Part shown: piece after piece, positions 21,632 through 30,845 of the stretch
Numbering within the stretch: position 1 is the first letter of the stretch
Layout: every line of letters begins with the position of its first letter
Assembly: GCA_965205485.1 (NCBI GenBank)
Contig: OZ242180.1
Location: 2,528,001-2,592,000 of the forward strand
Source of the DNA: Candidatus Latescibacterota bacterium
GTDB lineage: Bacteria; Latescibacterota; UBA2968; GCA-2709665
Length of the DNA stretch: 64,000 nt
Direction: 5' to 3'
Position numbers and translations under genes: made by a program
The notes under the pieces: model-generated
Seen by the model: the letters and a program-made list of their open reading frames with translations, nothing else
Database searches by the model: none
Told to the model about the DNA's origin: nothing

Positions 21632-21926
21632 AAAGGAAAAAGGAAGAAGGAAAAAGGAAGGAATAAAGGCAGGATGATCGCTTGGACTGCCGCCAGCATT
21701 CACGATGTATGCGATTGCCTGCGACTTACTTGAGCCCCGTTGCGCTCTGGAACACCGGAATATTGGCGAATAAATGTAGAAGGAGAAAGGAAGAAGGAAA
21801 AAGGAAGAAATATCGGCAGGATAATCGCGTGGTCCGTCGCCGTGAATGACTATGTCTGCGATAACCTGTCAATTCCAGAAATCGCATTTTCTCCTTCTAC
21901 CTTCTTCCTTCTTCGTTCTTCCTTTT

Positions 21927-22298
21927 TTATGTGCCGCGTTCATTGTTGCTCTTCGCCTTGCGTATTGAAGCGACGAAAATCGCGGTCAATTCGCCGCATT
22001 CATCTGTCAGGCCTGCAAGTCGCTCATCGGAGACGATTCCTGAGTCGCCGAGCAGTTCAAGCCAATACCCGGTTTCTTCAATCTCCTTCAAACATTCGCC
22101 AACCTTTGAGATGAATTCCGCTTTGCTCCGCGCGCGATATGCTTCCCGGTAGTTTGCCCCCACAGACGTTCCGGAACGAATCATCTGCCTGCCTATGACT
22201 TGAGCCTCGGTCTGCTTTGAAAGGCCCGAATACAGGCGAATGATCCGGAGTGCAAACTCCTTCGTCCGGGTCCGAAGATCAACCACTTCTTCCTTCAT
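21927..22298 (-). CDS. Four helix bundle protein (23S rRNA IVS protein / Avd-like family)
   Basis: DLRTRTKEFALRII...QMIRSGTSVGANYREA.RARSKAEFISK...EIEETGYWLELL; flanked by purine heptamer tracts. Confidence 0.92.
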   Translation of the reverse strand: MKEEVVDLRTRTKEFALRIIRLYSGLSKQTEAQVIGRQMIRSGTSVGANYREAYRARSKAEFISKVGECLKEIEETGYWLELLGDSGIVSDERLAGLTDECGELTAIFVASIRKAKSNNERGT

Positions 22299-22343
22299 TC
22301 TTGCAACACCTCGCTCAGCTCATCAATCCCACACTTCTTCCTT

Positions 22344-22568
22344 CTACCTTTTTACTTCTACTTTACCGTCCAGCCTCCACGCGGCATAGGCCAGGGAATG
22401 GTCGATGTCCTTCTCGTTCAAGGTATGGATATGCTTGAGGATTTCGTCACGCGTGCGTCCGGCCGCCAGCAGTCCTACGACGGCACCCACCGTGACGCGC
22501 AGACCGCGAATGCACGCCTTGCCGCCCATCACCGCTGGATCGATGGTGATCCTCTCGAATGAATCCAT
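22344..22568 (-). CDS. DUF433 domain protein (putative antitoxin)
   Basis: RITIDPAVMGGKACIRGLRVTV...DIDHSLAYAAWR. Confidence 0.88.
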   Translation of the reverse strand: MDSFERITIDPAVMGGKACIRGLRVTVGAVVGLLAAGRTRDEILKHIHTLNEKDIDHSLAYAAWRLDGKVEVKR

Positions 22569-22652
22569 GATACTTCTCTTCTTGTGTTCAGACGTACCGA
22601 ACCGCGCTTTCATGCCAACCCCACGCGGTTGCGTGAGCTTGGACGATTCGTA

Positions 22653-23204
22653 TCAACTGGATGGATGACCGACTGCCTTATCCACCAGCGGTGCCAGTTC
22701 GCTCCACGCTGCGAGAATGGTCTTCACCAGGTAGTCGCGGTACTCCTTGAGGTTGTCACCCTCCCAGTACCTGTCTCTTGGTGGATCCACGTTTCGATAG
22801 GCTGGCCACCAAGCGGTCGACTCTGGATAATCAGGACGTGCATCCTTCGCGAAATGCACTCTGTAGTGTTTCACGTTCGTCCTGACTCCGCAGATCAACC
22901 CTCCATCTTCAGAGAACAGCGCGGGCTTGCTATACCATCCCAGTCTCACATCCGGCTCTTCGTCACCCTCGGGCCAATCCTTGCGCCGCAGGCCCAACCC
23001 AGAAAAGTTCTCGTCAGTTAGAAACGCCTCGACACCGTTATAGGTGATATTATCGTTCCTCAGGGCCCACTCGAGATCGCCCTCGAGACTGCGGTAGAAG
23101 TGATTCACGAACTCCGACACTTCGTCTACCAACTCAGCCCATTCCATGATCTGCTTCTCGTGCTCGAAATAGAACTTGATCCGTTCGTCTTCGATCCGAT
23201 TCAT
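22653..23204 (-). CDS. Hypothetical protein, translationally coupled to the PD-(D/E)xK gene
   Basis: ATG at 23204 overlaps the upstream stop (ATGA); acidic, Trp-rich, ~183 aa. Confidence 0.65.
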   Translation of the reverse strand: MNRIEDERIKFYFEHEKQIMEWAELVDEVSEFVNHFYRSLEGDLEWALRNDNITYNGVEAFLTDENFSGLGLRRKDWPEGDEEPDVRLGWYSKPALFSEDGGLICGVRTNVKHYRVHFAKDARPDYPESTAWWPAYRNVDPPRDRYWEGDNLKEYRDYLVKTILAAWSELAPLVDKAVGHPSS

Positions 23205-24001
23205 CCGAACTGCTCCTTGAGTGTCCGTGAATAGTTCCTGACGACTTCTACGGCCGGTGCAACGCCGGTCTTGTTTCGTGATTCGTTTAATGCCGTGTCC
23301 AACATCGCCCGGACCTTGGGCCAGGAGAGGGTCTTGAAAGCGCGTTGGGCGCATGGCGTGGTTGCCGTATGCGGCTTGCGGCCATCGGGGGTCAGGAACA
23401 GGAACAGTGGCTCATTTTCGTTCTTGAAGTTCTCGTACAAGTCGTCGCACTGGCTCGGCTGTTCTGACGCGTCGACCTTGTTCTCGATGACGAGCGTGAA
23501 GTTCTCGCCCCACACGACGAGGTCGGCCTCTCTGTCGTTCCGCCACTCAGAGAACGCCACCTTCCGAACTGCAAGTTGCGCCGGCACAGTCTCTCCAGTG
23601 CAATGTTCCACGAAGCGCCTGACCAGCCCCGAACCCAACCCGTGCCGTGCCGTCGGCGTCAAGAGCCACAGAAGCACGCGAGAATGGGTGTTCTCGTGGC
23701 GGGCCAGGCCCACGATATCGAGGAAGTCTGATGGCCCGGTCAGCCATAGCCCGTCCGAAACGAGGCGGTCTTGCTGGCAGCGCATCTCCGCCATGGTCTC
23801 ATGCCACTAGGCAAGGAGGGTTTTCGTCCGACGCGCGGCGATCTCGCCCCAACTGTACTCCATTGTCCGAACAGCGCTACGCCAGTCGGCCAGGAGCGCT
23901 TTTGTCTGGCGCAAGGCGATCTCGTCCCATTCGCGCTCCATCGCACGAATGTTCACTTTCCACGAGGGGACTTGATTGTCTTGTGAGGCCATTAAGGGCA
24001 T
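23201..24001 (-). CDS. PD-(D/E)xK nuclease family protein (PDDEXK_4-like); in-frame TAG at 23807-23809
   Basis: HENTHSRVLLWLL.P...HGLG and ADLVV...LVIENKV...EQ..Q motifs; the upstream 64-aa ORF is in the same frame. Confidence 0.8.
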
Positions 24002-24236
24002 AGATGAGAAAATTACACCTGGGCTGCGACGATCGATTGCAGATAGATTGTCGCAGGGGCAGAGTGCGGGCGGCGGGCGTTTCTAGCGAGCAAAGTCACC
24101 AGCACCAGAAACAGGTTGTGGATTTCAACGGGCGTTTAAATTCGTTGCTTCTTCGTCTGCGGAATCCTCGTTGGTCGTAGCCAATGGGTTTCGCGGTGCC
24201 GCCCACCGTTTGGGAGTATCTGCTTCAGAGTACACG

Positions 24237-24527
24237 TCAAACATTGATTTTTTCCCGTTCGATATATGGACGCAATTCCGCCCGCAACGCTTTGTCCGTT
24301 ACCAAGTCAACCGGACGCTCCAACAGGTCTTCGATGTAGAACTGCACGCCAAAATACCGTTCTGACGTTGCTGGCGAGTCGAACTTCACCAGAATGTCCA
24401 CGTCGCTGTTGCCTGTGGCTCGATTGCGGACGATAGATCCGAATAACGCGAGGTCCACGACACCGAAGCGTTGCACGAGTGTTGCCTTGTGAGCCCGCAA
24501 CAGCTTGAGGACTACATCTCTGTTCAT
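24237..24527 (-). CDS. Minimal nucleotidyltransferase (MNT antitoxin family)
   Basis: LALFGSIVRN...SDVDILV...LLERPVDLVT motif. Confidence 0.9.
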   Translation of the reverse strand: MNRDVVLKLLRAHKATLVQRFGVVDLALFGSIVRNRATGNSDVDILVKFDSPATSERYFGVQFYIEDLLERPVDLVTDKALRAELRPYIEREKINV

Positions 24528-24849
24528 GTATCGGGTCCTTCCTGATCACTTCGGAGCGAATAACGCCGAAAAGCGTCGAATCGAGATTAAAGTTAAACGT
24601 TGGTCCACCCACCGTCAATCCCTTATGTGTCGATAAACGCCAAGCAAGGCCGGAAAGCCGATAGAGTCGGCCCAAAACCCCGCTTCCACAAACGGCAGTC
24701 GACGGCTATTTCCCCTTGCTTAAGTTTAGAATTAGGGATATTTTAGCTTTCCCCATCATGGGTCAGTGAGATTGCCGCCTTTCGTGGCGAAATGAAGGCT
24801 TGAATTGGTGGTATCGAAGTCCCGAAATAGACAGGGTTGGAGTAACAGG

Positions 24850-25254
24850 ATGACGCAGCGATGGAGAGATTGGCTCGACCAGGCGGAGCACGATTTGGAG
24901 CACGCTGCAGCCTCAAAGTGTGACGGCCGTCACGCCTGGGCCTGCTTTGCTTCGCACCAGGCGGCCGAGAAGGCCGTCAAGGCGCTCCATGTTGCCGGCG
25001 GAAAGAGGCAGACAAGCAACGTTATAGCCCGCCTCCTTACCGAACTCCCGGAGACGCCGCCGGAAGATCTCGTCGATAGAGGTCGGGTACTCGACAACTA
25101 CTATATACCGACGCGCAGTCCCAGGTCGCATGCTGACGGGGCGGCCTATGAACACTACGGGGCACTTCAGAGCGAGCAGGGACTGCGTTTTGCCGGTGAT
25201 ATCGTTCAATTTGTCCGTCAGGCACTGGCCCGCGATTCAATTTCAAATCAATAG
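24850..25254 (+). CDS. HEPN domain protein (degenerate motifs)
   Basis: WLDQAEHDLEHA...WACFASHQAAEKAVKAL...LDNYYIPTRSP; RBS GGAG upstream. Confidence 0.85.
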   Translation: MTQRWRDWLDQAEHDLEHAAASKCDGRHAWACFASHQAAEKAVKALHVAGGKRQTSNVIARLLTELPETPPEDLVDRGRVLDNYYIPTRSPRSHADGAAYEHYGALQSEQGLRFAGDIVQFVRQALARDSISNQ

Positions 25255-25410
25255 TTTTCGTTACCGATAGTTCCATGAGAAGAGTTCGGATATTCGTATG
25301 CCCTATCCTGCGCGGATGTATCCGTTAGGTATCCCAAAGTCTCGAATAAAGACATAAACGATCAGCGTTACCCGTAGTTTGGCAGATTATGCACCGAAAT
25401 AGAGAGGTTC

Positions 25411-26397
25411 TTGATGCCAGCGGTCACAGTTAGTATCATCAATTTGAAAGGCGGTGTCGGCAAAAGTACGTTGACAATGCTTCTCGGCGAATTCCTTCCG
25501 TTCCGGCATTCCAAGAATGTCCTCTTAATTGACATGGATGCACAGGCGAATCTTAGTTATTGCATGGTCCCGGACTATCACATTCAGAACCAGAATAGAG
25601 AGAGACGAACGGCGTTTCATCTTCTTCGTAGCGGTTTGCACATGGGTCCTCTTGATATCGAAAATTATATCACCCAGCCACCGTTGGTAGTTTCCAACAT
25701 CTCCCGAAGCGGGTCGTACGGAACCAACCTCCACATGGTCGTCTCGACGCCAAGCGTTGCCCAGCTTGATGAGGAGCTTCTTGAATTATGGGATGCCGGC
25801 AGGCCAATGCCTCGACGAGTCAGGGAAACTCTCCTTCTCGCGATAAATCCAGCTCGGGAAAGGTATGACTATATCTTGATCGATTGTCCGCCTGGTCTAT
25901 CGCTGTTTTCCTCGGCAGCGCTGATCGCCAGCGACTATTACATCTCGCCGATCATTCCCGAGCCACTCTCGCTACAGGGAGTTGACCTTGTACACGACAG
26001 ACAAGAGCAACTCATGCAGAGGTATGGCGCCAAGGTAGAATTCAAGGGAGTGGTTCTCAACGTCGTTAAGCACTACAGGAACACACACAGCAGGGTAGCC
26101 GGAGCAGTCTACTCCAGAGATAGCATCCGATATGAACCCTTTGATTGCTGGCTCCCGGACAACGAAAGGTTACGGACCATTGGGGAATATGATCCGGAAG
26201 TAGAGGGCAAGTGGGCCATGGGAAGCGAGCACAAGTTCTCCGATCTTCACCACAAATATGGGCTCTCCTATCGGTTGACCAACCCTCAGGAAGGCAGCCT
26301 GAACAGAGAGGAAAATGAGGGAAGGAAATATAGACTCGAAGACCGGATACACAGCTTGGTCGTAGAGTTCATGGAAAGATGCCAGCCGCTATCATAA
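25411..26397 (+). CDS. ParA/Soj-family ATPase (orphan)
   Basis: Deviant Walker A KGGVGKST, LLIDMDAQAN, YDYILIDCPP. Confidence 0.9.
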   Translation: MMPAVTVSIINLKGGVGKSTLTMLLGEFLPFRHSKNVLLIDMDAQANLSYCMVPDYHIQNQNRERRTAFHLLRSGLHMGPLDIENYITQPPLVVSNISRSGSYGTNLHMVVSTPSVAQLDEELLELWDAGRPMPRRVRETLLLAINPARERYDYILIDCPPGLSLFSSAALIASDYYISPIIPEPLSLQGVDLVHDRQEQLMQRYGAKVEFKGVVLNVVKHYRNTHSRVAGAVYSRDSIRYEPFDCWLPDNERLRTIGEYDPEVEGKWAMGSEHKFSDLHHKYGLSYRLTNPQEGSLNREENEGRKYRLEDRIHSLVVEFMERCQPLS

Positions 26398-26412
26398 CAA
26401 GGTGGGTACCCA

Positions 26413-27018
26413 ATGACCATACAGGAAAGACACTTAGTCGAACTACTCCATGCCAAGTACAAGGAAGACCCGAAGGGTTTTCGCAAATACCTGCCCGGGG
26501 TGGTAGATCTTCTTCCGGAACAGCCACCTGAGATCGGTAGACGAAGGTCGTTATTCGGACTAACGGAACAGGAGACCGCTTTCCACCGTGCAGGTTTGGC
26601 CAAAGTGTTCAGCGACTTGGACAAGGGTCCGGTCACTACTGAGGAAGCAGCCAAGGGCCTTCAACATTGTGCCGCTCTGATCATGGACGATAGCTTGCCT
26701 GAGGAAGCTGGTTATGAGAAGATGAAGAGCTTAGTCAGGGCGGCTCTTGGCAAGTCGCCTGGGTCCTACAAATCGAAGGCGACCGTAAAGATCGGTGAGG
26801 GAAACGGCGACGTCCACGAACGAGTTTCGGCAATCCGGGGAGTGTATCTCGACCTTGACGTGCGCAGGCGCCTCGTATCCATTAGCATAAATCCCCGAAA
26901 AGTCAGAGAGAGACGCGAACTGATGCGGTTCGTCGGAGCAAGTAAAGATCCCGATCCCCATGTCTCCACCAGGCACGATGACTACCTGGCTTCGGAGGAT
27001 CCCCATGGCACTCGCTGA
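26413..27018 (+). CDS. Hypothetical protein with antitoxin-like C-terminus
   Basis: 201 aa between ParA and VapC; ends FVGASKDPDPHVSTRHDDYLA, resembling tails of VapB/CopG antitoxins; overlaps the vapC start. Confidence 0.7.
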   Translation: MTIQERHLVELLHAKYKEDPKGFRKYLPGVVDLLPEQPPEIGRRRSLFGLTEQETAFHRAGLAKVFSDLDKGPVTTEEAAKGLQHCAALIMDDSLPEEAGYEKMKSLVRAALGKSPGSYKSKATVKIGEGNGDVHERVSAIRGVYLDLDVRRRLVSISINPRKVRERRELMRFVGASKDPDPHVSTRHDDYLASEDPHGTR

Positions 27019-27421
27019 TCGGGTGTTGATAGACACGTCGGCATTCTTCGCCCTCCGTTCTTCAACCGATCTGTTTCATGCCAGGGCCAATGGTACGTAC
27101 GAGCAATTGATCGACAGAGAGCAGGAGTTGTGGACAACCTCCTATACTGTGGTTGAAACAGTCGCCCTTCTGCATCGCCGTCTGGGCTTTGAGGTCGTAT
27201 TGGACTTCTCCGAATGGCGCCGCCAGGCGAATTTACAGGTGATCTGGATAGACAGGCGAATGCACGAGGAAGCCTGGGATCGCTATATAGGTGAAGAGGG
27301 GCGAGGATTGAGCTTTGTGGATTGGACAACCGCTGTTGCATCTCGCGAGATGCAAGATGCACCGGTGTTTACGTTTGACGCGGGTTTCGCTAACGTGGGG
27401 CGCCCCGTAGTTCCTCGTTGA
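27005..27421 (+). CDS. vapC: PIN-domain toxin (VapC family)
   Basis: VLIDTSAFFAL, TVVET, LSFVD and FTFDAGF: all four acidic PIN positions present. Confidence 0.9.
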   Translation: MALADRVLIDTSAFFALRSSTDLFHARANGTYEQLIDREQELWTTSYTVVETVALLHRRLGFEVVLDFSEWRRQANLQVIWIDRRMHEEAWDRYIGEEGRGLSFVDWTTAVASREMQDAPVFTFDAGFANVGRPVVPR

Positions 27422-27736
27422 TACATTGCCCGGCAGGGGCCCATTACAGCAGTCTTGCCAATGGAGACCGCATATTGTGTTAATGTTATGGCAGCCTGAC
27501 ACTCGGCTGCCGTTTCTGTTTCGGTTTCACCGGGCGCTGCTGACATCAGCTTCGAATTCCGGAACCGGCGCGTCCTGCTATCAGAAAAGCACCGAAGGAA
27601 GCTGTCAGCCATCAGCTCTCAGCAGTCAGCTTGAATCAAAACCGACCCATTGAGGTCAGCGCCGTTAAACGAGAGCGTAAGGGGCGTTTCGAGGGCAGGA
27701 TGCCCTCGCTCCGGGGGTTTTTCAGCCGGTCGCGCA

Positions 27737-27920
27737 GACCTCTCCCCCCGACCCCCTCTCCTAAAGGAAAGGGGGTGCAAAGCACTAAGTCGCCTTGCCG
27801 GTCATCTGTAGACACTTTGATCGAGGGGAGAACGTCATCTCCGTTTTTTCTCTTGGACAAGACGCCGAGGAGCCCCGGTTCCCCCTTCCTTCAGGAAGGG
27901 GGCTAGGGGGTAGGTCCGAC
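27737..27920. repeat. Inverted pair of CCCCTCTCC/GGAAGGGG palindromic elements
   Basis: ACCTCTCCCCCGACCCCCTCTCCTAAAGGAAAGGGGG and CCCCCTTCCTTCAGGAAGGGGGCTAGGGGGTAGGT are roughly reverse complements. Confidence 0.65.
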
Positions 27921-27955
27921 CCCTCGTCATGCGTTCAGTGATAAAGGATCATCTC

Positions 27956-29250
27956 ATGCCCAGACAGAAGCAGGTAAAGATCGGGATCGCGGGGCTGGGG
28001 CCGCGCGGCAGGCTATCGTGGATGAAGAACCTGCTGCGGATCAAGACCTGCCGCGTGACGGCCCTTTGCGACAGGGTGGAGGCGCTTGTCGGGCAGGCGT
28101 ACCGGGAGGCCGGCGATCCGGATATCGCGTGCTTTACCGACTATGGCGAGATGCTGGCGAAGGCGGACATCGACGCGGTGGCCATTGTAACGGCGCCGCA
28201 CGATCAGCCGGACCTGATCTGCCGCGCGATGGAGGCGGGGAAACACGCGTCCTGCGAAGTGTCGCTGACGTACGATATGGATGACTTATGGCGGGTGGTG
28301 GTGGCCGTGGAGCGCAGCGGGCTGAAGTTTCAGATGGCCGAGCAGGTGATGTACCACCCGTTTGTAAAAGCCTGGCGCAAGCTGGTCGAGGAGGGCGAAC
28401 TCGGCCACGTCATCTTCGCCCAGGGGCAGTATCTTCACTGGATGACGCCGGACCGGTTCTGGGTCGACTCCGGGACGGGCGAACGCATCCACCTGGACGA
28501 TGTCTCGAATCATCCGAGGGCCGCGAAGAGCAGAATGTGGAACTGGTTTCCCCATCCGATTCTCTACATGGCCACCGACCTGGGCCCCATCCTGACGGTG
28601 CTTCAGGACCGGGTGACGAGGGTGACCTGCATGACGACGCGTCCGGAGAGTTATTATTACGAAGGCATCCCGGCGTCGGATATCCAGGTGGCGCTGATGC
28701 AAACGGAAAAGGATACGATCATCCGGATGGCGGCCGGGTTTACGTATGCGACGCCCAGGGACCATCACTGGTGGCACCTGGAAGGGACCCGGGGAAAGGT
28801 GGAGACCGCCCGCTCCGCGGAGATATACGGCAGCGCCGGCGGCGTGGACACGCCGAAGATCTGGCTGGAGAGCTCCGGAGAGGAATCGATGCGGGAGGCG
28901 GAATGGAGATATTCTCCGGAAGACCTTCCGGAGGAAGCCCGGGGCAGCGGGCACGGAAATATGGACTACTTCGCGCTTTCCTCGTTTCTGGACGCCATCC
29001 TGGACGATTCGGACCCGCCGCTGAACGTGTACCGGTCGGCGGATCTGACGGCGCCGGCCATTGTGGCCGTGCAGTCCGTGGAGCAGGGGAACGCGTGTCT
29101 GGAGTCCCGGATTTCCGGTCCGAGAAGAGAAAAGCCGGCGAATATCCAACCGGATTTCAGGCCGATTCCGTTCCGCACTGCAGGCGGACGTGCTGCCTCT
29201 CAGGTATCGACACGTCCAAATCGCAACGGGACGATTCGATGCTGCAGTAG
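27956..29250 (+). CDS. Gfo/Idh/MocA family oxidoreductase (probable frameshift ~29105)
   Basis: KIGIAGLGPRG, AGKHASCEV and GHGNMD motifs; adding one G gives the usual ...CLEVPDFR C-terminus. Confidence 0.88.
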
Positions 29251-29640
29251 ATCCTTCGTCGGCCGGGCCTCTTCTGGATGAACGGGAAGCCATATGCATG
29301 ACAATCAACATGTCATTCTGAGCGCGCTGGCCTCCTCAGGATGACATGTTCTGCAAAGGTGTGAGCTCAGCTCGCCAATCGTTATCGCAAGATTTGTCAA
29401 TCACAGCGCAGCGAAGAATCTCCCGTATTCTCGATAGTACGTGTAGTACATGCCCTGTAGAGAACCTTGTGCGCGGACACATCAGTTGCCGGAGTCCACC
29501 CCAACATGACAGTCTTCTCGAAGGCACGACCGACAATAATTGTGGACGATTTTTCCAGCCATCTATTTCGGATTATCGGCTAATCAAATCCGTTTTTGGA
29601 CAGTTTTGATTAAGGCCAAAAACCGGCAGGAGGTATATCA

Positions 29641-30576
29641 ATGCCATCAGATTTTCTGGACCGCCTTAAGGACGGACCGGTACTCTGCGACGGAGGCTAC
29701 TTTCTGGAGCTTGAACGGCGGTGCCTGGGGAGTTTCGCCAAAGGCGTACCCTGGGCCGTATTGGACCACCCTGAGGGCCTGCTCCAATTGCACAGGGAGT
29801 TCGCGCTCGCGGGCGCCGAGGTGCTGCAGGCCATGACCTGGGGCGTGGGCAGGATGGAACGGGATGAAGAGGTGCACCGCACCGCGGTCGAGCTTGCACG
29901 GGAGGCCGCCGGCCCGGACCGGTTCGTGGCGGGTACGCTCAGCCCCTCCGGAATCGGATCGTACCGGAGGCGGTCACCCCTTTCCGCGCGGGAAAAGAGC
30001 GAGGCGCAGGCGTTCTTCGAGCGGCGGGTGGGACAGCAGACGGCGGCGGGCGTGGACCTGTTCATCGTGGAGACCTTCTACTCGGTGGAAGAGGCATTGT
30101 TGGGCTTACCCCCCATTAAAGCCGCAGGCGTGCCAGCCGTGGTGGCGTTCACCTATAAGTCGGGGGAGTATACCGCCGACCGGCTTCTGCCGGATGAAGT
30201 CGCGAAGCGGCTCGTGGACGCGGGCGCCGACGTCGTGGGCGTGAATTGCGGGCGGCCGTGGCACATGTACCGGGATATCATGCGGAAGATGATGGACGCC
30301 GTGTCCGTACCCGTCTGCGCCCAACCCCTGGCGTACGTGCTGGAGAACGGCGCGGAGTATACCCGGGAGATCGCCTCGGGATCCAGCGTTCATTTCGAGC
30401 TCCGCCACCAGCCCCGGCGTGAGATGGCCGACTACGCGAGGGATGCCTGGGATATGGGCGTCGGTCTCATCGGCGCATGCTGCGGGGCCCTGCCGTATCA
30501 TATCCGGGCGATGGCGGAGGCGATCGGAAAACCGACGTCGATGCCGGATCAGCCGGGTCCGTATCAGCTGTTGTAA
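29641..30576 (+). CDS. Homocysteine S-methyltransferase family protein (paralogue 1)
   Basis: LCDGG..LELE, LHREFALAGA, IVETF, GVNC and GACCG zinc ligands, HIRAMA. Confidence 0.92.
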   Translation: MPSDFLDRLKDGPVLCDGGYFLELERRCLGSFAKGVPWAVLDHPEGLLQLHREFALAGAEVLQAMTWGVGRMERDEEVHRTAVELAREAAGPDRFVAGTLSPSGIGSYRRRSPLSAREKSEAQAFFERRVGQQTAAGVDLFIVETFYSVEEALLGLPPIKAAGVPAVVAFTYKSGEYTADRLLPDEVAKRLVDAGADVVGVNCGRPWHMYRDIMRKMMDAVSVPVCAQPLAYVLENGAEYTREIASGSSVHFELRHQPRREMADYARDAWDMGVGLIGACCGALPYHIRAMAEAIGKPTSMPDQPGPYQLL

Positions 30577-30676
30577 AGGCAGACTGAGACTGTAGAGAGG
30601 AGAATGCATTGATCATCAGCGGTCAGCCAAACCCGGGCCTGGCGAGATAAATTCACTGTTACCGGCGCCATTATCT

Positions 30677-30781
30677 GGGCGCCCACAAGGGACGCCCCTA
30701 CAGATGCAACATCGGCGCGAAACCCCAAAACGTTCGATTCGTGGACATTTGGCTTTGTAGGGGCGTCCCTTGTGGGCGCCC
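30677..30781. repeat. GTAG-type REP inverted doublet
   Basis: GGGCGCCCACAAGGGACGCCCCTAC ... GTAGGGGCGTCCCTTGTGGGCGCCC, exact reverse complements. Confidence 0.88.
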
Positions 30782-30845
30782 GGCTACCAGGTGAGAGGGT
30801 CCCCACAAAAAAGGGGTATGAGGGTGGCCAATTCAACTAGGAGAA

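Larger units (their letters stand above)
19487..21875. repeat. Five dispersed copies of a purine-heptamer + hairpin unit (~19487, 19708, 20883, 21632, 21790)
   Basis: Consensus AAGGAAGAAATA..GCAGGA.AATCGCGTGG.C.G.CGCC.GCATTCACGATGT.TGCGATTGCCTGC; three copies continue TTACTTGAG.CCCGTT.CGCTC.GGAA. Confidence 0.88.

Noticed and set aside
19487..21875. Canonical integron attC array or CRISPR
   Set aside because: No RYYYAAC/GTTRRRY ends, no integrase, and spacing is irregular (about 150-1200 bp).
21927..22298. Diversity-generating retroelement
   Set aside because: Only the Avd-like fold is present; no reverse transcriptase and no TR/VR pair differing at adenines was found.
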